A stretch of 64,000 nucleotides of DNA, from the NCBI GenBank assembly GCA_024276275.1, contig JAJRXM010000039.1:5271-69270 (forward strand). The letters are read 5' to 3'. Of the stretch, positions 45,698-56,042 are shown piece by piece. Under the pieces are notes generated by a model. It had not been told where the DNA came from and ran no database searches. It saw only the letters and a list, made by a program, of their open reading frames with translations. Position 1 is the first letter of the stretch. Every line of letters starts with the position of its first letter. Position numbers and translations under genes: made by a program. This DNA is from Candidatus Zixiibacteriota bacterium. GTDB taxonomy: Bacteria; Zixibacteria; MSB-5A5; GN15; FEB-12.

Positions 45698-48600
45698 GTG
45701 AAAACTATATCTAAAGTATTATTACAATTTACACTCGCCTGCATAGCAGTACTTTCTACTGCTGTGTTTTCTTTTGCAGAAATCGGGTTTCATGCTAAAC
45801 TTGATACTCCTCCGTTATTTATTACTCATTACGAGGAAGTAGAAGATAAAATCTCTGTAGCTATATATCCCAAAACATATCCAATTCTTTCAAGATGGTT
45901 AAAATATAAACCTCGCCCAAAAGAATCTAATTTTGCCGAAAATTCTATCCGGTTTGAGACAGAGTATTTTAATATTAAAAGAGATAAATATTTTCTTATA
46001 CCTCTTTCAGTAGATGCTGAAAAATATTCGCAATATCGTATCAGAAAATCTCTTCAAAAAAAACTACGTGAAAATTTTAGTCGGTCGATTAGTAAAGACC
46101 CTACGAAGAAAAAAGGCTCAGGTTTAGGAGTACAGGTTGCTCTGCCTAAAAGATTAGAAAAGATTTTTGGTGAAGGCTCGGCCGGACTTAAAATTTCGGG
46201 TAGAAGAAGAATTTCTTTTGCCGGAAGATCAAACTGGTCCGATGAGGCGACATCCGGTATCAATCAAAGTAAATTTCCGGCACTTGTAATGGACCAGGTT
46301 TCACAGTTTAACATTACAGGTACTATCGGTTCAAAAATTACGGTAAAAGTTTCTCAAGATTCGCAAACTGATATTCCACTTGCCAATAGAATTCAGATTC
46401 GGTACAGAGGGGACGAGGATGATATCTTAAAAGCTATTGAAGCGGGCAATACAACACTTTCTCTTCCTAACACAAAGTTCGTCGGATATTCATCTCGTAT
46501 CAGAGGTTTATTTGGCTTAAAAACCGAAGCACAAGTAGGTAATTTGCGACTTACAGCTATTGCTTCACAAGAAAAAGGTTCGTCAGAAACAACATCTATT
46601 ACTGCCGGTGGTGAAGAAAGCGTAGAGTACATTCGGGATTACGAATATGTCGAACGAAGAATTTTTGATTTAGTTCTGCCTTTCGATAGCTTAAAACCGA
46701 CCGAAAGAGTAACAGTTCTTGATATGTACGAATCGGTTCCAAGTTATAATTCTATTGAAGATCAAATTGTTGCAAATTTTTACGTTGATCCGGACAGTAC
46801 CGCAAGGTTCGCTTCTGAAGCAGTCAAGGGTAACGATACTAAAATTAAAGCAATTCCAAGTACAAAATATAGATTTTATCACGACAGTAAACGAAACGTT
46901 CCCTATGTTGTTTTTAATTCACCTCAGTCAAGAAACAATCATATCGGTTATTACATGGAAGTCGAAGATGAAAACGGTGCGGTGCGAACATTTGGTGATT
47001 TAGGAGATACTCTAGAGACACCTATAGATTCGGTTATGGTAATAGATTCTATTACAAATGATACAACCTATGATGTTACTTATAAATATTCTCTTCTCTA
47101 TAAGTTAAAACTTTTAATTCGTGCTGAACCACTTCCGGCTCCTACTGATCAGACTTGGAAGCTTATGTGGCGGAATTGTTATAATGTTCCTAAGGGAGCT
47201 CTTATTGAAGATATAAAGTTTAAAGTTCTAAAAGGACTAGAGGGTAATGAAAAAAGTACTAACTCTGTACCTTATCAAATAGAAGGTTCAAAGAATATAG
47301 ATTATCTTGAGATTCTTGGACTGGATTTAAAGAATACAAATACCGGAAAAGATACTCCCGATGGAATTGTCGATGATGACCCACTTATATATAGATCCGA
47401 CTGGGGTTTGGTTATTTTCCCTAGCAGAACACCGTTCAACGATACTATAACATATCAGTATGGCAATACAGAATTACCGGGATTAGATAAGAAGGTTCCT
47501 GAACTGTATAACTATACTTCGTGGACTGAAAAAACAGAAAGAAGTGAGTATTTTATTCAAAAAGTAACCACAACTCGTGGTTCTATTATTCGCCTTAACC
47601 GAGCGAATATTATAGAAGGCTCAGAACGGATTACAGTTAACGGTGAAATCTTGAAAAAAGGGATTGACTATGACATTCAGTACGATTTTGGACAAGTAAC
47701 ACTTCGGTCTGAAAAAGCAACAGACCCAAATGCTCAAATTAAAGTCGATTTTGAATACGCACCGTTTTTTGCGGTACAAAAAAAATCTCTCCTGGGACTT
47801 CGTGCGGAATATGAGTGGAGTAAAGATTTAAAATTCGGTTCTACATTTTTATATAAATCTGATAAAGCACAAGAGAGAAAACCGAAAGTTGGACAGGAAA
47901 CAGCTCGTACGGTAATTTTTGATGCTGATTTATCGCTTAAATTATATCCTGAATTTTTAACTTCTATGGTAGATGCTTTACCGTTTATTGAAACAGAATC
48001 TAAATCAAACTTGACTATTTCAGCAGAAATAGCTCAGTCTCATCCAAATCCGAATGTTAATGAAGTAGCCTATGTTGATGACTTTGCAACAGCTCTAGAC
48101 AATATCTCACTAGGTACTTTTAGAACAGTTTGGAAACAAACTTCACTTCCGGCACAACTTGATGCAAGCGAATATGTACAGGCAAAAATGCTGTGGCATA
48201 GACCTATAAACCAAACACCAATTACTGATATTTATAACAGAGATACTCAAGCCGGAAGTGGGACTATGCGTACTTTCCGGATGATTTTCAGACCGCAAAA
48301 TCAGGTGGTTGATACCGCTGTTGCTGAAGACTCATCATTAACTATTACCACTACCCCGACTAAATCCTGGGGGGGGATTATGAGGTATTTTGGCTCTCCG
48401 TTACAAGAAAACAGAGTAAAATTATTTGAAGTGCGGATGAGAGCAACGAGTGGTAAAATTCATTTTGACTTTGGTGCTATCAATGAAGATTTAAACAATA
48501 ATGATAATGCTGATACCGAGGATCGTGATAATAGTAATGATATTGATATAGAAGGTACCGAAGATACAGGGTTAGACGGGTTGATGGACAAGGATGAAGT

Positions 48601-51600
48601 ACCTGAAGGTGAGTATGACCCGTCCGTTAATCCTGATCCAAACGGAGATAACTGGTACTCGTTTTTTGATGGGAAAGGGAAATGCCCTCTACCGGAAGGA
48701 TGTGATGCTATAGACGCAGATGATTATAATAATCCTCGATATTATGATTTTTTAAACGGTACTGAAGGAAACATCTCCGACGGGGGATCGTCACGACTTC
48801 CTGATAAAGAAAAGTACTCTCCGGGATTTACTACGAATAATGCCTATTTCTCGTATGTTCTTGATTTAGATAATTACCCTGACAGCTTTCTTGTAAAAGA
48901 TTCAAAAAGATATCCTGAAAATGATTTGAATCAGCTCCCGTGGGTTACCTATCGAATTCCGATTAAAGACCCTGATGCAATAGACCAAATTATTACATCT
49001 GAAGGGGGTATTCAACCTGAATGGAATAAAATAACTCATGTTCGTATATGGATGGAAGGTGACGAACTCAGTACAAAATGGGATACAGTTGAAGTTGCCG
49101 ATTGGTATTTTGTTCAGCCGAACTGGAGAGATTCCGTTATTTTCTCACCTCTTTCAGATATGAAGTCTGATTTTGTTATAGCATCTATCGGTGATGATAT
49201 AGATACGAATTTTTATCCTCCTCCTAGTGTGGAAGCATACAAAGACCCGACTACAAACGTAATAGAAGTTCAAAAAGCTTTGCAACTGACTTTTGAAAAT
49301 TTAAATCAACAGGATACTTGTATTGCTACTAAGAACCTTCTTTCGATTGACCAGTATTCAGGCTATAGAAGAATTGAGATGTTTGTACATGGCGATGAAA
49401 ATATTGTCACAAATACGGATATTGATAAAATTAGATTTTTCTTTAGACTCGGGCGTGATGATAAAAATTATTATGAATATTTTACAAATATTAAACCCGG
49501 TTGGGATCAGTCAAACCATGTTAATATTGATTTTAACGAACTGACAGCTTTAAAAGATTCAGCATTAAAAGTTCTTAAAAAAGGGGAGGTGCTGAATGTC
49601 GAAAATGATAAATATAGAATAACAGGTAACCCGAATATAAACGAAATTAAATTTTTGGCTGTAGGCGTGCTAAATGAAGATACCGTTAATTCTATTAGCG
49701 GGAATATATGGATTGATGAGTTACGGGTAACCGATGTACGAAAAGATGTCGGTACAGCCGGTCGTATTTCTGCGAATGGAAATATGGCGGATCTTATCAG
49801 CTATAATTTCTCTTTGCAGTCTAAAGATCCGTTCTTTAGAGGACTCTCATCAGCAACCCGTGGTGGTTCACAAAATAATTTAGGCTCCGGTAGACATGAA
49901 ACTACTATGAGTTCAAGTATGACTTTTAATTTACATAAACTACTTCCTCAGTCTTGGAGTGCATCGATACCGGTTACTTTGAGTTATAATAAGTCAGTAC
50001 AAACTCCATTGTTAAGAAACAATTCTGATATAATACTTGCTGAAGAAACTCGTATTGAGGAACAACGGGTAAGCGAATCTAAATCCTTTTCGATCTCCGC
50101 TAAATTTAAAAAGAAAACAAAAAACCCACTTTTCTCTGTTTTATTAAACCGATTGAATTCAAGAATGTCGTATAGACAAACAAATTTAAAATCAGTTAAT
50201 TTTTCTTATAACTACGGAGAAGTTCTTGATTTAAAAGCGGATTATAATTTGAATATAAAAAAGATACCGAAAATTCCTATTTTCTTCTTTTTAAAGTCAA
50301 TTCCTATTCTGAAAAAAGCATCCGATTCTAAACTTTCTTTATATCCGGATTCTTGGACTATGAACGGGAGTTTTAACCGAAGTATTTCTATTCGTGATGC
50401 TGTTAATTCTACGAGACGTACAGATTTAAAGAGAAATTTCACCGGATCAATGAAAATTAGTTTTAAATTCTTTAATAAATTGGTGTCTAGCTATAGCTAT
50501 AACACTCGAAGAGATTTGACTAATCTAGAACTAATTAATTTTAAATTTAACAGAAAAGATTTTAAACTTGGGCTGGAAACATATTACGGGCAAAAGTTTA
50601 CTGCCTCTTATGACCCGCAGTTGCTAAAATTCTTTACCACCAGCTTTTCATATAAATCATCGTACTCCGATGATCTAGAACGTACGAATCTAACCAGACG
50701 TTCAGCACTATCAAGAAATATGTCCGTTGGAGGTACTTTCGATCACCAGGCTCTACTAGGTGGAAAAAGCACTTCTTCATCAGGTCGAAGTTTTAAAGGA
50801 CGACGTGGTGGGCGAAAAAAGAATGTTATTGAAGAAGAGAATAAAAAGAAAAAGAAATTTTATGAACCGGTTCTAACAGGGGTAAGAAAACTAACCGGAT
50901 GGATTAGCCCTTTCAAGTATTCTTACAATACCAACTTTACTAATTCTTTGCCGGGACTGGTAAAAAGACCTAACTATAGATATCTCTTTGGTTTTACAGA
51001 CGATGCAAATGTAGAGACATTGGAAGATACTAGAATTCAAAAATCCGGAAATGGGGAATCGTATGATATTTCTTCCGGTTTTACTTTCCTTGGCGGTCTT
51101 GTTACAACTGTTAAATTCCGTAGGTCAATTTCGCGTGATTTGGTAAAACAGGGTAAACGGTTTGAAAATATATCAGAGAATTGGCCGGATTTAGGTATCC
51201 GTATTACTAAATTCAGAAATTTACCTTTAATTCAGTCTTATGTAAATAAATTTATTGATATATTTTCTCCTCGCACAGGTTTTTCAAGGTCGGTAAAGGA
51301 ATCAAGAGATAGAGACGGTAATTTCACGGTTACAAAATCCACAAGTACAGGGTTTAATCCGTTACTGCAAATAAATTTTAAACTGTTCCGCTCACTTTCT
51401 TTAACGAGTTCTGTAACTCGCTCTATTACCGAAAGCGAAACTCATTCACCGGTTGATGGAGTATTGCAGTCAACATCTACAACGAGTAAACAGACATTTG
51501 CTTTGACAACTAAGTATTCGTTTACATCCCAAAACGGTATCTCAATTCCTATCTTTGGAAGATTGAAATTTAGGTCTACCGTAGATTTATCGATGAATGT

Positions 51601-51814
51601 GAAATTTAATTCTTCTAAAACTGAAAACCATGTTGTAATTGGAAATCTTAATAATGTTACAAACGATGAATCATCTATATCTTTTAATCCGGTGATTGCC
51701 TATACTTTCAGCCGTCAGATAAAAGGAGGTATCACTATGAGATGGCAGGATGTAAAAGGGCGAAGAAATAATCACACTCGTGAAGTTCAACTTTGGACAG
51801 AAATTAGTTTCTAG
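45698..51814 (+). CDS. sprA: T9SS translocon protein SprA (Sov)
   Basis: 2038 aa with a GTG start and a signal peptide. It has the typical SprA N-terminal segments (GLKISGRRRISFAGRSNW, IEAGNTTLSLPNTKF) and beta-barrel-type composition throughout. The terminal residue is Phe (LWTEISF). Confidence 0.8.
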   Translation: MKTISKVLLQFTLACIAVLSTAVFSFAEIGFHAKLDTPPLFITHYEEVEDKISVAIYPKTYPILSRWLKYKPRPKESNFAENSIRFETEYFNIKRDKYFLIPLSVDAEKYSQYRIRKSLQKKLRENFSRSISKDPTKKKGSGLGVQVALPKRLEKIFGEGSAGLKISGRRRISFAGRSNWSDEATSGINQSKFPALVMDQVSQFNITGTIGSKITVKVSQDSQTDIPLANRIQIRYRGDEDDILKAIEAGNTTLSLPNTKFVGYSSRIRGLFGLKTEAQVGNLRLTAIASQEKGSSETTSITAGGEESVEYIRDYEYVERRIFDLVLPFDSLKPTERVTVLDMYESVPSYNSIEDQIVANFYVDPDSTARFASEAVKGNDTKIKAIPSTKYRFYHDSKRNVPYVVFNSPQSRNNHIGYYMEVEDENGAVRTFGDLGDTLETPIDSVMVIDSITNDTTYDVTYKYSLLYKLKLLIRAEPLPAPTDQTWKLMWRNCYNVPKGALIEDIKFKVLKGLEGNEKSTNSVPYQIEGSKNIDYLEILGLDLKNTNTGKDTPDGIVDDDPLIYRSDWGLVIFPSRTPFNDTITYQYGNTELPGLDKKVPELYNYTSWTEKTERSEYFIQKVTTTRGSIIRLNRANIIEGSERITVNGEILKKGIDYDIQYDFGQVTLRSEKATDPNAQIKVDFEYAPFFAVQKKSLLGLRAEYEWSKDLKFGSTFLYKSDKAQERKPKVGQETARTVIFDADLSLKLYPEFLTSMVDALPFIETESKSNLTISAEIAQSHPNPNVNEVAYVDDFATALDNISLGTFRTVWKQTSLPAQLDASEYVQAKMLWHRPINQTPITDIYNRDTQAGSGTMRTFRMIFRPQNQVVDTAVAEDSSLTITTTPTKSWGGIMRYFGSPLQENRVKLFEVRMRATSGKIHFDFGAINEDLNNNDNADTEDRDNSNDIDIEGTEDTGLDGLMDKDEVPEGEYDPSVNPDPNGDNWYSFFDGKGKCPLPEGCDAIDADDYNNPRYYDFLNGTEGNISDGGSSRLPDKEKYSPGFTTNNAYFSYVLDLDNYPDSFLVKDSKRYPENDLNQLPWVTYRIPIKDPDAIDQIITSEGGIQPEWNKITHVRIWMEGDELSTKWDTVEVADWYFVQPNWRDSVIFSPLSDMKSDFVIASIGDDIDTNFYPPPSVEAYKDPTTNVIEVQKALQLTFENLNQQDTCIATKNLLSIDQYSGYRRIEMFVHGDENIVTNTDIDKIRFFFRLGRDDKNYYEYFTNIKPGWDQSNHVNIDFNELTALKDSALKVLKKGEVLNVENDKYRITGNPNINEIKFLAVGVLNEDTVNSISGNIWIDELRVTDVRKDVGTAGRISANGNMADLISYNFSLQSKDPFFRGLSSATRGGSQNNLGSGRHETTMSSSMTFNLHKLLPQSWSASIPVTLSYNKSVQTPLLRNNSDIILAEETRIEEQRVSESKSFSISAKFKKKTKNPLFSVLLNRLNSRMSYRQTNLKSVNFSYNYGEVLDLKADYNLNIKKIPKIPIFFFLKSIPILKKASDSKLSLYPDSWTMNGSFNRSISIRDAVNSTRRTDLKRNFTGSMKISFKFFNKLVSSYSYNTRRDLTNLELINFKFNRKDFKLGLETYYGQKFTASYDPQLLKFFTTSFSYKSSYSDDLERTNLTRRSALSRNMSVGGTFDHQALLGGKSTSSSGRSFKGRRGGRKKNVIEEENKKKKKFYEPVLTGVRKLTGWISPFKYSYNTNFTNSLPGLVKRPNYRYLFGFTDDANVETLEDTRIQKSGNGESYDISSGFTFLGGLVTTVKFRRSISRDLVKQGKRFENISENWPDLGIRITKFRNLPLIQSYVNKFIDIFSPRTGFSRSVKESRDRDGNFTVTKSTSTGFNPLLQINFKLFRSLSLTSSVTRSITESETHSPVDGVLQSTSTTSKQTFALTTKYSFTSQNGISIPIFGRLKFRSTVDLSMNVKFNSSKTENHVVIGNLNNVTNDESSISFNPVIAYTFSRQIKGGITMRWQDVKGRRNNHTREVQLWTEISF

Positions 51815-51856
51815 TTTTCAATTGACTTATTGTCATAAATCAATCATTTTACCCTA

Positions 51857-52795
51857 ATGAAAAAAAATACTATCCGTATAATTCTTTTATCAATTTTATT
51901 TACCGGTGTAGTTTCCTGTCACTCAGATAAACAGATTCCACCACCACAATTCAACGCAGAAAGAGCATTTACGTACTTGGAAAAACAGGTCGCATTTGGT
52001 CCGCGTGTTCCCGGTTCGCAATCTTCTGCCGACTGTAGAAACTTCTTCTACGAGACATTTCAAAATCTCCAAATCCCTGTTGACTCGCAAGTATTTATTT
52101 TTTTCGATTTATACTCTCAAAGCAATATACGAATGGTCAATGTTATTGGCTCAATAGTTTCTAATGAAAATTATCCTACAATAGTTCTTATGGCACACTA
52201 TGACAGTAGACCCCGAACAGATTTTACTAATAATCCGCTATTAAAAAATAAACCGATAGACGGTGCCTCAGACGGTGCTTCAGGTGTTGCTGCCCTGCTT
52301 GAACTGGCTCACATGTTTTCAGAAAGAAAGCCGGAGCTAAATATTGATATTGTCTTTGTTGATGGAGAGGACTGGGGGAAATCGGGTGATATACAATTTT
52401 ATATGCTCGGTTCTAAAGAGTTTGCCCGCAAAGGAATCAGAGGAAAATATAAATTCGGAATTCTTTTGGATATGATTGGCGATAAAGATTTAACTATCTA
52501 CCGAGAACAGTATTCTGAAAATAATGCCAAAAATTTAAATGATTTAATTTTTGAAACAGCAAAAAATATACAAGCAAAAGGATTTATTGACTCGGTTAAA
52601 TATGCAATACAGGATGATCATCTTTCTTTGATAACAGCAGGAATTCCAACCGTGAATATTATTGACTTTGATTATAAATACTGGCATACTGAATTTGACA
52701 CACCGGAAAACTGCTCGGCAGAATCGCTTGAGTCGGTCGGTAAAGTATTAGCAGAAATAATTTACAACAAATCATTATGGCAAAAAGTACAATAA
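51857..52795 (+). CDS. M28-family metallopeptidase fold, glutaminyl-cyclase-like
   Basis: 312 aa with a lipoprotein-like signal (TGVVSC). The metal-ligand contexts MAHYDSR, GASDGASGVAALLELA, FVDGEDWG, LLDMIGD and WHTEFD are arranged as in animal-type glutaminyl cyclases. Confidence 0.6.
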   Translation: MKKNTIRIILLSILFTGVVSCHSDKQIPPPQFNAERAFTYLEKQVAFGPRVPGSQSSADCRNFFYETFQNLQIPVDSQVFIFFDLYSQSNIRMVNVIGSIVSNENYPTIVLMAHYDSRPRTDFTNNPLLKNKPIDGASDGASGVAALLELAHMFSERKPELNIDIVFVDGEDWGKSGDIQFYMLGSKEFARKGIRGKYKFGILLDMIGDKDLTIYREQYSENNAKNLNDLIFETAKNIQAKGFIDSVKYAIQDDHLSLITAGIPTVNIIDFDYKYWHTEFDTPENCSAESLESVGKVLAEIIYNKSLWQKVQ

Positions 52796-54159
52796 CTCAA
52801 TTAAGAGATTTCCCCTCGGTGGAAGAACTCTTGCAGCATAAAAAAATTGCTGCAAGTATTAAATATCTTCCAAGACCTATTGTTGCCCGTGTTGTAAAAG
52901 AAACAATAGCTTTATCAAAAAAAGATTTCAAAAATGGAATATCAATTACACCTGATAAATTGATTGAATCTGTTATACGTGAAACAAAAAAAATAAAACG
53001 TAAAGAAATTACAAAAGTTATCAATGCTACCGGAATTGTAGTACATACAAATTTGGGAAGAGCTCCTTTATCTGATGAACTGTTTGATGAAATTAGAAAA
53101 ACTACTGTCGGGTTTGGAAATGTCGAATATGATTTACAGACCGGCAAAAGAGGGAAAAGAGGAGAGGCGTGTGAGAATTATCTGTCTGAACTTTCCGGTG
53201 CGGAATCATCTACAGTTGTTAATAATTGTGCAGCTGCCCTGTTTTTAATTCTAAACACGCTGGGCAATAGAAAAGAAGTTATTATTTCTCGTTCCGAACT
53301 TGTGCAAATAGGCGGCGGATTTCGTATCCCTGATATCTTAAAAAAATCCGGTGCAAAACTCAAAGAAATCGGCTCTACTAATATTACAACTCTTATTGAT
53401 TATGAAAATGCTATAACACATAAAACCGGAATTATTCTAAAAGTTCATCAAAGTAATTTTGTGCAAAAAGGATTTGTAGAACAGGTACCATTAAAAGAAC
53501 TTGTTACTCTTGGAAAAAAACATTCAATTCCGGTTCTGAACGATTTAGGCAGCGGAGTCTTTATTCCTACTAAGAAAATCATTGGTTACGCTGAACCGAC
53601 TGTGCAAATGTCGGTACGTGACGGTGCCGCTATAACCTGTTTCTCGGGTGATAAACTTTTGGGTGGCTCTCAGGCAGGTCTTATTGTCGGAAAAACGGAA
53701 CTGGTTGAAAAGATTAAAAAAAATCCGATATTCAGAACTATGCGAGCCGACAAAATAGTATTCGCTATATTAGAAAAACTTCTTATGTACTACTTAGACA
53801 ATAGTTGGCAGGAAAAAATTAAGCTGTGGAATATGCTTTCTATCTCGGAATCAGAATTATATGAAGTCGGTAAATCAATTCAAAAGAATTTAAAAAACAA
53901 TAATATCTCAGTTGAAGCAACTAAAGGATTTGTAGGCGGCGGAGCTTTGCCCGAAGCTGATATCCCGTCGGTAGGCATTATTTTTTCGAATAAACTAAGT
54001 CCTAACAAACTAATGAAAGAGTTTCAAGGATTAGAAATTCCAATCATCGGAAGAATAGATAACGACCGATATATTCTGGACTTAAAAGCAGTAGAGAAAT
54101 CAGACATTACCTATCTCGAACAATCAATAAAAAAGATACTCCATAAATTCTCATGTTAG
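52777..54159 (+). CDS. selA: L-seryl-tRNA(Sec) selenium transferase SelA
   Basis: 460 aa. It has the N-terminus [11 protein letters not shown] and the PLP-lysine context [17 protein letters not shown]. It overlaps selB in an ATGTTAG junction. Confidence 0.9.
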   Translation: MAKSTITQLRDFPSVEELLQHKKIAASIKYLPRPIVARVVKETIALSKKDFKNGISITPDKLIESVIRETKKIKRKEITKVINATGIVVHTNLGRAPLSDELFDEIRKTTVGFGNVEYDLQTGKRGKRGEACENYLSELSGAESSTVVNNCAAALFLILNTLGNRKEVIISRSELVQIGGGFRIPDILKKSGAKLKEIGSTNITTLIDYENAITHKTGIILKVHQSNFVQKGFVEQVPLKELVTLGKKHSIPVLNDLGSGVFIPTKKIIGYAEPTVQMSVRDGAAITCFSGDKLLGGSQAGLIVGKTELVEKIKKNPIFRTMRADKIVFAILEKLLMYYLDNSWQEKIKLWNMLSISESELYEVGKSIQKNLKNNNISVEATKGFVGGGALPEADIPSVGIIFSNKLSPNKLMKEFQGLEIPIIGRIDNDRYILDLKAVEKSDITYLEQSIKKILHKFSC

Positions 54160-56042
54160 TAATCGGCACCGCAGGACATATCGACCATGGTAAATCAGCA
54201 GTTGTCAAACGACTGACTAACACCGACCCCGATAGACTTCCCGAAGAAAAAGCTCGTGGAATGACAATTGACTTAGGATTTGCATTTTATACGACTCCCG
54301 AAAATGAAACTATCGCATTTATTGATGTTCCCGGTCATGAACGCTTTGTAAAAAATATGGTATCCGGTGTCGGTGGTATCGACGTAGTGATGCTTGTCAT
54401 AGCTGCTGATGACGGATGGATGCCACAATCGGAAGAACATTTTCAAATTGTCAGACTGCTGAAAATTAAAAACGGAATTATCCTTATCAATAAAATTGAT
54501 TTAGTTGATGATGAATGGCTTTCTCTCTTAGAATCTGAAATCAAAGAAAAAGTTGCAGGTTCGTTTTTGGAAAATGCTCCGATAGTAAAAGTATCTGCTC
54601 AAACAGGCTTGAACTTTGATGAACTGCAAACATACTTAAATAAATTACCGACACAAATTAAGTCTCAAAGAGATATTGGCAAACCACGCCTATATATCGA
54701 CCGTTCTTTTGTTCGCCCGGGTATCGGTGGTGTTGTTACCGGTACACTTCGAGGGGGTGAACTGACAGTCGGTCAAACGGTCAAGATATTTCCTGCCGAT
54801 GTTGATGCTAAAATCAGATCCCTGCACTCAAATAATCTGGATGTTCAAACTGCCGTACCGGGACAGCGAACAGCTGTTTCGTTTACCGGAATTGATAAAG
54901 ATATCCTCGAACGAGGCGGTGTGATACTATCATCTCACAATACTGAACAACTATTTGATAATAAAGTGTTAGCTCTAGCAATTGAAATGCTGCCGCATGC
55001 GGTCGTCCCACTAGAAGACAGAAGAAGAATGTTATGTATTATCGGAACAACCGAAGTTGAGGGAGAAGTTCGACTCTTAGAAAAGAAACAAATCATGCCG
55101 GGAGAAAAAGGAATTATTTTTTTCAAACCCGATAACCCGCTTTATGCACTCCTTGGTGAAAAATGGATCGGCAGGCTTCCGACTCCTATGGTTACAATCG
55201 GTGGGGGCGAGGTTTTAGACTATCTTCCTTATTTCCCTCGAAAGAAAAATTACGATTCTTATAGTTATTTACAAGAACGAACAAATATGAACTTAGAAAA
55301 ACTTATTTTATCAGAACTACAAAAAGAATTTATCCTCCCCAAAGAAAACATGCTTCCTCTTGCTGATTATTCTGAAAAAGCAGTTAACAACCAAATCAAA
55401 AATATGTGGCAAAAAAAAGTTATACAAATTTTTGAAGGACATATTTATTTCGAAAAATTTTTCACCGAAGCAATAAACATCTTTAAAAAAGATATAGAAA
55501 AACATCTTGAAGAAAATGCTCACTTAAACGGGCTATTACTTGAGCAAATTGAACAGATTGTATCGTATGAAAAAAATAAAGTTCATATCTTTTTGAAATA
55601 TCTCATTTCTACAGGAGAACTGCTTAAAAATAATGATAAGTATATACCTTCCGGTCAAAAGATGATTTTAAAAGGAGCCGTCAAAAACTCCTATGAACTT
55701 ATTATGCGTGAACTTTCAGAGAAGAAATACACACCCCCTACAATTCAGAACCTAATTCATATAGGCAAACAGGCACGCAACGCAATCAGATTTATTGTCG
55801 ATACATCGCAGGCATACAAATGCGGAAGCGATTTTTTATTTTTGACTGACGTATGGCAGGAAATTATTTTGTTTGTGAAAGATACTATAGACAAAAACAA
55901 CGAACTCAAAGTTTCAGACCTGAAAGAAAAATTTGAAATGTCCCGAAAATATACGATTCCGATTTTGGAAGAAACCGACCGCTTGAAAATAACAGCTCGG
56001 TCCGGTGATGTTCGCATCAAAGGAGAAAACTTTGAAAACTAA
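54153..56042 (+). CDS. selB: selenocysteine-specific elongation factor SelB
   Basis: 629 aa. It has the G domain [19 protein letters not shown] and NKIDL, followed by beta-barrel domains and C-terminal winged-helix (SECIS-binding) repeats. Confidence 0.9.
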   Translation: MLVIGTAGHIDHGKSAVVKRLTNTDPDRLPEEKARGMTIDLGFAFYTTPENETIAFIDVPGHERFVKNMVSGVGGIDVVMLVIAADDGWMPQSEEHFQIVRLLKIKNGIILINKIDLVDDEWLSLLESEIKEKVAGSFLENAPIVKVSAQTGLNFDELQTYLNKLPTQIKSQRDIGKPRLYIDRSFVRPGIGGVVTGTLRGGELTVGQTVKIFPADVDAKIRSLHSNNLDVQTAVPGQRTAVSFTGIDKDILERGGVILSSHNTEQLFDNKVLALAIEMLPHAVVPLEDRRRMLCIIGTTEVEGEVRLLEKKQIMPGEKGIIFFKPDNPLYALLGEKWIGRLPTPMVTIGGGEVLDYLPYFPRKKNYDSYSYLQERTNMNLEKLILSELQKEFILPKENMLPLADYSEKAVNNQIKNMWQKKVIQIFEGHIYFEKFFTEAINIFKKDIEKHLEENAHLNGLLLEQIEQIVSYEKNKVHIFLKYLISTGELLKNNDKYIPSGQKMILKGAVKNSYELIMRELSEKKYTPPTIQNLIHIGKQARNAIRFIVDTSQAYKCGSDFLFLTDVWQEIILFVKDTIDKNNELKVSDLKEKFEMSRKYTIPILEETDRLKITARSGDVRIKGENFEN

